64,000 nucleotides of DNA from an uncultured Rikenellaceae bacterium (GTDB lineage: Bacteria > Bacteroidota > Bacteroidia > Bacteroidales > VadinHA17), in assembly GCA_964466705.1 (NCBI GenBank), contig CAYXSM010000013.1:9353-73352 (forward strand), given 5' to 3'. Of the stretch, positions 19,654 to 27,640 are shown in pieces. A model generated the notes under the pieces. The model did not search any database and had not been told where the DNA came from. It was given only the letters and a program-made list of their open reading frames with translations. Every line of letters starts with the position of its first letter. The stretch's first letter is position 1. A program made the position numbers and the translations under genes.

Positions 19654-19683
19654 GCAAGTTTTGCCGGGCTCTCAAAACTTTGC
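19654..19683 (+). terminator. Stem-loop 20 nt after the ATP-grasp stop (no U-tract)
   Basis: GCAAGTTTTG / CAAAACTT(T)GC forms 10 bp with one bulge and a 9-nt loop. It is followed by CCCTG rather than Ts. Confidence 0.3.
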
Positions 19684-19905
19684 CCCTGAATATCCGGTAA
19701 AGCGCTTTTACTGAAGATCCACTCCATTACCGTATTGACCCTAACTATCCGCTGACTGATGATCGCTCTGAAAAAGCACTCTCCTCATCTGTTTACAGCG
19801 AATAATTAAAGATCACATAAATAAACTTCTCTTTCCCTATCGGGATAGTGCATCACATATGTGTCCTGAACGTCTTTATTATGAGCATATAAAACCAACA
19901 AAGCC

Positions 19906-21132
19906 ATGAAAAGAAAAACTCAGACCGGAACTCATTTTCCGGTATTTTATTTATCCCTTTCACTGTTGTTTCTGATCCCCCTGCTTGTATCTTCTCGTCA
20001 GCCGGAATCTGGTCAGAACACCGTCCTTGACAACTTTCTCAGGAATGTCCTTGAAAAAGAGCAATATGTAGGACTTGGGGCCTGTCTTGTAAAAAACAAT
20101 ACGATTGTATGGGAAGGCTATTATGGATATGCAGACCTGGAACGCGGCCTGATGCTGAACAGAGAAAATATTTTCCAGTTGTCATCCCTCTCCAAAACGG
20201 TGACAGCATTTGCACTGATGAAGCTTTATGAGGACGGAAAGATCAGGCTGGATGATGATATAAACAAATATCTTCCTTTCAGCTTCAGAAGTCCTTACTT
20301 TCCTGACAATGAAATAACCTTCAGAATGTTGCTCAACCATACATCAGGGTTGGCAGATGTCACCGCAACCGGACTGGTTGTGCCTTCCGGTGTCGGCCGT
20401 CCTCAGAGCTCCATCGGCGATTCTGACATGACACTTGATGAATACATCTCTCAGCTCCTTGTGCCCGGAGGAAAGTATTACTCCCGGGAATATTTCAGCG
20501 GAAACGAACCCGGAACTGTTTACAGCTATTCCAATATCGGTTATTCCCTTCTGGGCTATCTGGTTGAGAGGATATCAGGCGAGGACTTTGCACTGTTCAC
20601 AGAAAAGAATATTTTCGGCCCGCTGGACCTGAAAAACATTGCCTGGCACCTGAGGGATCTTGACACCGGCAGGGTAATATTCAGTTACAGATTCTCACCC
20701 GACGATACCATACCTGTTTACAGAAAAATTAGGCACTTCGGGGAACCGGGCTACCCGGCCGGGATGCTGCGGACTTCAATGGATGATTTTTCAAAATTCA
20801 TAATAACATTGCTCAACAGGGGCGAATACCAGAGTACCCGGCTGCTTAAACCGGAAACAGTCAATATGATTTTGTATCCGCAGAATATGAAAAATATCTC
20901 TTCAAAATCGTACAAGCTGATTGACAGAGGCCTTACATGGCAGATCGTTGACCTTAATGGCAACAAGTATTATGAAATGAACGGTTTCTCAGGAGGAATT
21001 TATACCGATGCATTGTTTTCGCCTGATCTGAATACAGGGATCATCTTTTACTTTACCGGGATTAATATGAAGAATATGCAGGCAATCCCGGAGATTGCCT
21101 GCACTCTTGAAACAGCCCTTAAAGAATATTGA
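19906..21132 (+). CDS. Serine hydrolase, beta-lactamase class C / DD-peptidase-like family
   Basis: 408 aa with a signal peptide. It has the SxxK motif (SLSK) and the YxN motif (YSYSNIGY). Confidence 0.8.
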   Translation: MKRKTQTGTHFPVFYLSLSLLFLIPLLVSSRQPESGQNTVLDNFLRNVLEKEQYVGLGACLVKNNTIVWEGYYGYADLERGLMLNRENIFQLSSLSKTVTAFALMKLYEDGKIRLDDDINKYLPFSFRSPYFPDNEITFRMLLNHTSGLADVTATGLVVPSGVGRPQSSIGDSDMTLDEYISQLLVPGGKYYSREYFSGNEPGTVYSYSNIGYSLLGYLVERISGEDFALFTEKNIFGPLDLKNIAWHLRDLDTGRVIFSYRFSPDDTIPVYRKIRHFGEPGYPAGMLRTSMDDFSKFIITLLNRGEYQSTRLLKPETVNMILYPQNMKNISSKSYKLIDRGLTWQIVDLNGNKYYEMNGFSGGIYTDALFSPDLNTGIIFYFTGINMKNMQAIPEIACTLETALKEY

Positions 21133-21196
21133 TGTTCTCCGTATGGTATTGTATTAATCTGCCATTTTTATGAAGATTGTAAAGAAATTCCGGGGA

Positions 21197-23533
21197 TCAA
21201 AACCTTAACTCCCTGCCGTAACCTTCGGGGAAGCCCGGTATTCCGGCGCCAAATGTACCTATTCCAACAATCATTTCGTACCGGTTTACATCCTCATCAT
21301 CGTTAAAATATACGGCAACTATAACGGTAAAAAGACACATCCCGTTACCCGGACTGGTCTGTTGTTGTGTTTCAGGATCAATCCATATGAAATCTGAAGG
21401 GAGAAGTGTAATTGACGGATTAAGAGAGGTGCCCCGTACAGTAATTTGCATCCTGTCCCCTTCTTTCAACTGGGCGTTTTCAAAATTTACAATTTCCTGG
21501 GCGCCACTGCCCAGAGTAAAATTGAATGTCCTGAAACTAAAGCTTACCGTCATTGAAATTGATGACATAGGAGCATTATAGCCGTCGTAATATGCAGCGA
21601 CAACCCCTAGTGTTCCACCCGGTATCTGGTCCGGAGGCTGAATTATACCACCTGATCCCATTCCGCCTATAACCTCAGGATCGGCTGTTGTCTCCGCAAT
21701 GGCAATTCCCCTGTCAACAACCGCCTGCTTATCGCAACCGTTTATCATGAGTTCGGATTCCATTCCTGATATACCCTGGCTTATCCTCCTTAGCGGTGAT
21801 CCCAATTGCCCTGCCAGACTGATTATCGACGCAATATCATAATCAGGATTATTTAATCCGCATATTGCAGCTTCAAGTATCAACTCGCTGCTCAACCTGG
21901 TGGCTTCTTCCTCAAAGCCCTGAAATTCCTGCTCCAGCTGTACTGCGCCGGCGTAAGCTGTGGCAATTATCTGATCATTGCATATACTTCCGCTTTTTTC
22001 GTTGACGGACTTCATGAACTGGCTCATAATGTTATTGAACTGTGCTGCCTTGAACTGGCTTTCCGCCACAATCTCCCGCAGGCGTGCCAGCCTTTCGGCC
22101 ATCGATTTCTCATTACAGAGAGTATCCGGCTTTTCTTCAGTAACACCTTTTATTGCGTCGTCAATGCTCACACATTTGCCAAGCTCCTCTATCATTTCGT
22201 AACCCTCTTTACAAACACAATCATTTTTCTCATCGCTCCATTCCTGATTATCTCCGCAAGGCTTCTTACTGCCCTCAACAGTGACAATGGCTCTGGCCTC
22301 CAGGTTCATATATGCAACTGAGATGGTATGTTCCTTCGCTTCGGTACTTTCCGTGGCTGTGAAACTGTTGGTGCCGGAACTCCAGGAGGTAGTCTCACGT
22401 GCTGTAACATCCTGTGAGCTTTGATCTTCATAAACAGCCAATGCCTTGAAGGTGACGCTTTCCCCTGCTTTGAGATTAGCCTTATCCGGAATGACGATCA
22501 GGCCGATAGGTGTTTTTTCTTCAATTTGTTTTCCTGCAGCTTCGATTGCTGCCATTAATATTTTTATCTCCTCGATCAATTCATTAAGCTCTCGGGTGTT
22601 GCGCTCTGATTCTCTCCATGCAATAGCCTCCTCCAGCTCTGCATTCCGTTGCGCCCATGCCAACAGATTCTTATGCAGATATTCTTTGTAATAACGGGCT
22701 GCAAATGAAGGCCCGAATATATTTTTGGCATACTCAGAACCTCTGTACATAAACGGAGCTCCTTGTTCAAACTGTTCGGCTGAATCCCAAAATTCTGATA
22801 ACCTGCTCTCAAGAAATGCTCCCACGTCGCCCTGCATTGACGGGTAGGCCCAATTCTGCAAAAATCCCGGATACCTGGTACTCAGATATTCGCTGTATTT
22901 ATTCCACCAATATTCATTATACTCATCAAGAGTGGTACTGATAAACTTATCCAGTGCGTAATTGATGAAACCCACACTTAACATTGCAACGTTCATATTC
23001 GGGAAATCGGAGGTCATCCAACCCATAACTATCTCAAATGTCGTGTGAAGAGATTTGAGCTTTGCCCTGTCGTCGCCATTGATTGCTTCAATGATACTGG
23101 AGCACAAACTGTAGTATTTTAATCCTTTACTGATCTTGTCGGCATAGGTTGCCACATTATGAAATGCAGTGGTAACATTCTTGTTTACCAGTCGTTGAAC
23201 GTTACGTAATTCATACGCTCCCGATCCTCCGTAACCGATATTTGGGTTCCACTTCTGGACAGGGACATTCATTAAAAAATCTATCTGCTTTGTAAATGCT
23301 CCTCCGTTAAGATCGACCAGAAAAGACATTATATTTTCGGTTAGTCCGAATTCACTTTTTGCATGAGTGAAAATAAAGTTCCTGGAGGCTTCTTCTCCCT
23401 GGATCTTTTCAATTTCCGCTCTGTAGCGTTCATATACTTTATCCAGATCCTGTGCAATTGCAGATGAGTTTATCAATAAGAGAAGAAAAAGAATAAGATA
23501 AGATCCGAGGCCGGGGGTATTGTTATTTTTCAT
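21197..23533 (-). CDS. Secreted multidomain protein of unknown function (helical domains, Big_2-like Ig domain, 4-Cys EGF-like knot, C-terminal beta-sandwich)
   Basis: 778 aa with a Sec signal (LLLLINSSAIAQD). The Big_2-like segment is aa 343-421 (VTFKALAVYEDQSSQDVT...). The Cys cluster is CGDNQEW...CVCKEGY...GKC. It lies 24 nt downstream of the preceding gene. Confidence 0.65.
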   Translation of the reverse strand: MKNNNTPGLGSYLILFLLLLINSSAIAQDLDKVYERYRAEIEKIQGEEASRNFIFTHAKSEFGLTENIMSFLVDLNGGAFTKQIDFLMNVPVQKWNPNIGYGGSGAYELRNVQRLVNKNVTTAFHNVATYADKISKGLKYYSLCSSIIEAINGDDRAKLKSLHTTFEIVMGWMTSDFPNMNVAMLSVGFINYALDKFISTTLDEYNEYWWNKYSEYLSTRYPGFLQNWAYPSMQGDVGAFLESRLSEFWDSAEQFEQGAPFMYRGSEYAKNIFGPSFAARYYKEYLHKNLLAWAQRNAELEEAIAWRESERNTRELNELIEEIKILMAAIEAAGKQIEEKTPIGLIVIPDKANLKAGESVTFKALAVYEDQSSQDVTARETTSWSSGTNSFTATESTEAKEHTISVAYMNLEARAIVTVEGSKKPCGDNQEWSDEKNDCVCKEGYEMIEELGKCVSIDDAIKGVTEEKPDTLCNEKSMAERLARLREIVAESQFKAAQFNNIMSQFMKSVNEKSGSICNDQIIATAYAGAVQLEQEFQGFEEEATRLSSELILEAAICGLNNPDYDIASIISLAGQLGSPLRRISQGISGMESELMINGCDKQAVVDRGIAIAETTADPEVIGGMGSGGIIQPPDQIPGGTLGVVAAYYDGYNAPMSSISMTVSFSFRTFNFTLGSGAQEIVNFENAQLKEGDRMQITVRGTSLNPSITLLPSDFIWIDPETQQQTSPGNGMCLFTVIVAVYFNDDEDVNRYEMIVGIGTFGAGIPGFPEGYGRELRF

Positions 23534-23557
23534 CTCACATCCTGTTTGTTTTAGTGT

Positions 23558-25609
23558 TTAAAACCGGTAGCTTAATCCCGCCAGGTAGCGAAGGCCTGAT
23601 TGAGTCCTGACAGGTATAGGATCGTCGGTTTCGGGCAAATCGAAATTCAGTGAATAGTACCTGAGGTCCAGCTGCAGCTCGAACATGCGTACAACAGGAA
23701 TGCGGGCACCTGTTGTGATCTCCAGTGTGGCGGGTTTTCGTGCTTCTGCGTCTCCACCGATATTAAAACCACTGTATGCAAAATTCTGTTGATACCGGAC
23801 CGAACTGTAAATTGATGCCTGACGTATAACAAAATTACCCCTGCCATCAACACCTGCCCTGAAGCTGTTACCTGCCCGTTTCAGGTCAGGGTCGTTCGGA
23901 TCAATCATCATATCAGCTCCAACCACGGGCCCTATCTGAAGCCCTGAAAATTTGAACCCGAAGCGGCTGTAAGCACTTAAGCGGTGCGGTATGCCTGCAT
24001 CCTCCCAGTACCTCCCGAAAGCACCGATATCAAAGTAACTGGTTTTTGCGCTTATATTTCTGTCGAAACGAAGATCCACATAGTTGCTTGAAGTGCTGGC
24101 ATCATTTGTGTGAAGAGTATACTCAATATAACCTGTTGATCTTCCGTAACGATCGGTGGATCTGTAATTTCTTTGATTCATCATCCGGATTTTCAGGTTG
24201 TTGTAACCTTCATTATTCGGGAAGGATCTGTTGATCACTGTTAATTGGGTCCGGTTCTTTGGGTTACCGCTTTCAAGATCAACCCGTACACGGTTGAAAT
24301 TACCGGATTCGGCAGCAGAGCCGTAGACCATCTGTTCGGCTTCACCATTTACCGATCTCTGTTTTTGTCCTGTCTTGTACAATACCCTGAGATTCGGGAT
24401 GATCCGGTGATAATCGAGAAACGGGATGTCGCTCGATTGAAACCGTCCCCGGATTCCTGCATTGACCATGGTTTTTTTACCACTGTAATCAATATGTGTA
24501 TTGAACTGAACTCCCTGAAGATCGTTTCCGTCCTCCGTATCATAGTAACTTTTTGACTGAGCCTGCACATCACCCTGGAACCGGATGTTTTCATTCAAAG
24601 GTTGTTCAACGTTCAGCTTTGCTCCTAGGTTTCTGTAACTGTTCCGGCTTGTCATTACATCCCCGTAATCCTGAAAATTAACTGAAGTACTCAGGCGGGT
24701 ACCTCCTGAAGCCTCATGATAATAGGTTGCATTGACATTGCTGGTAGTATACGGTGTCCTAATAACGTCTTTGTTATGGTTCATCTGCAATGCAATCCTG
24801 GACTGAGGATTGAAAATTATGTTTCCGGCAAGGCTGATGTCTCTTGTGGTTTCAGATATCTGTCCGCCTGATTCGTAAGCTGAAGATCCGAACCTTACTG
24901 TCGCTGTACCATCATAGCTGATTGCTTTTGAGCTGCCTGTTTTTCCGGTTTCAATTACCTGTACAGGAGGAAGTTTCTGATAATAGTGACTGATGTAAGC
25001 CCTTGCAAGGTTTACTATTTCACGTTCCCGGTTCAGCTCTTCCACCAGCTTATCTGCGTTACGCTGCTCACTGGAAGATAAGGAATGATACTTTTTCTCG
25101 AAAGCGCTTATGAGTTGCCCGGTTTCCTGATAAGCTTCAGAAAATTTCCGGAAAAAATTTTCAGCCAGCAACCTGGTCTGATAATATTCTTCAGGCTTTG
25201 TTTCCTGGGTCCTGATTTCCCTGTCTTCTTCATCATACACCTGCTGAACGTCATCCTGATGTATCCAGCCATCTCTTAAATCAGGAAGTCTGACCTGAAA
25301 CCATTCCCGTTCCTTTTTCAGAACAGGCAAAACAGTACCTTCCTGCAATCTGACCAGTACCTCTGCGGTTATCAGATCGGATTCCCGTATAGATGCCGTT
25401 GGGATGATCACCCTTATGCTTTGTCCCCCGGAAGGACTTACTGATCCAAGTTGTTTGGAGGTCATAAGGAAAGCAGCTGAAGTATTCTGAATGATTATCC
25501 GGCCAGCCTTGATTTTATCCAACAATTCCGAAAGCTCCGGATCAGGATTGGCGTGAAGATTGATGTGCAATAAACACATCCAGATAAACAAGGGGATTGT
25601 TTTTTTCAT
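23558..25609 (-). CDS. Outer-membrane beta-barrel protein with N-terminal SH3b-like domain
   Basis: 683 aa with a Sec signal. The SH3b-like segment is about aa 64-122 (REWFQVRLPDLRDGWIHQDDV), followed by a charged linker. The long alternating beta-strand region ends LAGLSYRF. Confidence 0.65.
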   Translation of the reverse strand: MKKTIPLFIWMCLLHINLHANPDPELSELLDKIKAGRIIIQNTSAAFLMTSKQLGSVSPSGGQSIRVIIPTASIRESDLITAEVLVRLQEGTVLPVLKKEREWFQVRLPDLRDGWIHQDDVQQVYDEEDREIRTQETKPEEYYQTRLLAENFFRKFSEAYQETGQLISAFEKKYHSLSSSEQRNADKLVEELNREREIVNLARAYISHYYQKLPPVQVIETGKTGSSKAISYDGTATVRFGSSAYESGGQISETTRDISLAGNIIFNPQSRIALQMNHNKDVIRTPYTTSNVNATYYHEASGGTRLSTSVNFQDYGDVMTSRNSYRNLGAKLNVEQPLNENIRFQGDVQAQSKSYYDTEDGNDLQGVQFNTHIDYSGKKTMVNAGIRGRFQSSDIPFLDYHRIIPNLRVLYKTGQKQRSVNGEAEQMVYGSAAESGNFNRVRVDLESGNPKNRTQLTVINRSFPNNEGYNNLKIRMMNQRNYRSTDRYGRSTGYIEYTLHTNDASTSSNYVDLRFDRNISAKTSYFDIGAFGRYWEDAGIPHRLSAYSRFGFKFSGLQIGPVVGADMMIDPNDPDLKRAGNSFRAGVDGRGNFVIRQASIYSSVRYQQNFAYSGFNIGGDAEARKPATLEITTGARIPVVRMFELQLDLRYYSLNFDLPETDDPIPVRTQSGLRYLAGLSYRF

Positions 25610-25838
25610 ATATAAAGAACAAATCGAAATACTTCTTAACCAATCCAGTCCCCGCGACTCAATTTAACGTCGTTCTTAAAAAGCAATATTAAAATAAAAA
25701 TCTGATTTTCCAAATTTTTTCGATATAGAAGGTTCTTTTTCTCACAGCAAATTGCAGGGTAACTGATTTACGGGCTCGTCGAAGACAGCGCGTATGCAGG
25801 GATTCAGGCAAACCCCGGATATGATCCCGGATTCGAAC

Positions 25839-25868
25839 GCAAGCCTTCGGATAAGAGCTTGCCTTTTT
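25839..25868 (+). terminator. Orphan plus-strand intrinsic-terminator-like hairpin between two minus-strand genes
   Basis: GCAAGCCTT-cggat-AAG(A)GCTTGC forms 9 bp with one bulge and is followed by CTTTTT. No plus-strand gene lies upstream. Confidence 0.35.
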
Positions 25869-25972
25869 CAACCTGTAATGTCATGAAAGTAACAGAAATA
25901 TGAATCAGGGCTCTGATCTGAATCAAATGACTAAAAATGGTTATGTGTCGGACTTTTAATGTTATGTATGTA

Positions 25973-27226
25973 TTATTCCGACTCAAATTCCTCAAAATTT
26001 TTCATCATTTTGCTCATCATCTCAAATGAATCTGCAATTACCTTTGATCTCCAGACAGCCGATGACGGGAAATACATTTCATCAAATAAATGCTTCGTCT
26101 TCTCCTCATGTTTTATGTTCCTGTATCCGTAATGGGCTCCCTGGTTCTCAAGAATCATGATCTGTATTGATTTTAAAGAGCCAAATGTCTCCTGACTGTT
26201 CAGGGTGCCGAATTCGAAAACCATGGGAATGCAAAGAACCTCAGGTACCAGGTCGTTAACCCATACGGTGTACTCGCCCGTGATAGTGTAAAAATCATCA
26301 CTGCTTCCCCAGTCAATATCTGCCCCAGCAAATATTTTTTCTATTCCTTTCCGGACAGCTTCATCTTCAGGCTCATCAATAAACAAATGCATCGTGCCTC
26401 TTTCACCATATGCTGTATGCAGGTCAACATTAAGAAGAGTTTTGTATCTCCTGATAATGTCTATCAGAAAAGGCTTAAGTGAATCAATCTGGGGTTCATA
26501 GTCTTTGCCGCCGTAGTAAAAACCCTTTTCAAAATCATACTGCCCCTGAAGGGCTGCCTGACGCAAAACAGGCATAGACTCTCTGATGATCCTGTAAATT
26601 GACACAAGATGGAAAAATTGATTCCTGAGGCTGTTGATATTCACCGGACCTGAAGGCATCAGCATATCTGTCAGAGCAGCAAATCCTTCGTTCCTTATGT
26701 CAAACATCTGATCTCCCCTGACGCAATTTCTGTTAAGATCAATATTATTTTCAGTCACTTTTCTGTGATATTTGAACCCAAAGGGATTCAGACCATGTAT
26801 TAACAAGACTCCCATATTTTCATGGAGGTGTTGTTCCAGGATCCTATCAATAAACATGTTTTGTATTGCACTACCCGTGAAGCCTTCAATCCCATGCAAG
26901 CCTGAGTTGACCATCAGAAGCTTCTCCTTTGTACCCCGGGCAGGAATATAGCACCAGTCAACAGTCAGATCATTGTCAATCTGGCTGGGCACACTAAATT
27001 TACCTGTCAGGACGCTGTCAAAATCAGCTGAGACCCTTTCAATGTTTTGAATAAATACTTTCCGGCATTCATCATAGGTTGAATGATAGTATTTCAAAAG
27101 GGTAGTGTTCGTTTCCGTGACAGGATCTTTTGCCCGGTAAGTTTTATAACATATGTATGAACCCAGTATTATCAGTAATATTAATCCTGCAAGGATGAAC
27201 AAAATTATCTTAAGGGTCTTTTTCAT
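25973..27226 (-). CDS. M14-family metallopeptidase-like protein (DUF2817-type), membrane anchored
   Basis: 417 aa with an N-terminal TM helix. The NSGLHGIEGFTGSAIQ and HGLNPFGF motifs resemble the DUF2817/succinylglutamate-desuccinylase-like M14 clade. The call is from memory. Confidence 0.55.
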   Translation of the reverse strand: MKKTLKIILFILAGLILLIILGSYICYKTYRAKDPVTETNTTLLKYYHSTYDECRKVFIQNIERVSADFDSVLTGKFSVPSQIDNDLTVDWCYIPARGTKEKLLMVNSGLHGIEGFTGSAIQNMFIDRILEQHLHENMGVLLIHGLNPFGFKYHRKVTENNIDLNRNCVRGDQMFDIRNEGFAALTDMLMPSGPVNINSLRNQFFHLVSIYRIIRESMPVLRQAALQGQYDFEKGFYYGGKDYEPQIDSLKPFLIDIIRRYKTLLNVDLHTAYGERGTMHLFIDEPEDEAVRKGIEKIFAGADIDWGSSDDFYTITGEYTVWVNDLVPEVLCIPMVFEFGTLNSQETFGSLKSIQIMILENQGAHYGYRNIKHEEKTKHLFDEMYFPSSAVWRSKVIADSFEMMSKMMKNFEEFESE

Positions 27227-27640
27227 AGTTGAGATGATTTAATCTGTAATTTGAGCAATAGCAGGCAATTTAAAGAAACAAAGCACTAAAGTTATTGGAT
27301 AATGAAAACATTTCAAATAATTCCGGAGTGCAGGCATACCCCGGATAATCTGCCATATTGTTTTCAAGATTTTTTATGGTGAATATAAGTAAATAAATAT
27401 TAATAAATTATATCAGATTAACACCATTTGGATCAGCATTGATCTGAGAGCTGCTGACAAGGTCCGGGTTTGTGTCCCGACTGCAATTGCTGATCATCCG
27501 GAGGATCCGTTAAAATCAAAGACGCCTGTATTAACTAACCGAAGGGATCTCTTGTGGGAGAGTTATAAAGCAGTGAAAGAATATGGTCTTGCATGATATT
27601 CTTTTCAAACCTTGCAGATCCATTTAAAAGGTGAGTACAA

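Noticed and set aside
25829-25838. GGATTCGAAC, the reverse complement of a tRNA T-loop consensus, which could indicate a minus-strand tRNA or tmRNA
   Set aside because: The flanking bases do not form a T-stem (TTGCG versus CCGGG). I could build no acceptor, D or anticodon arms. It is at most a relic.
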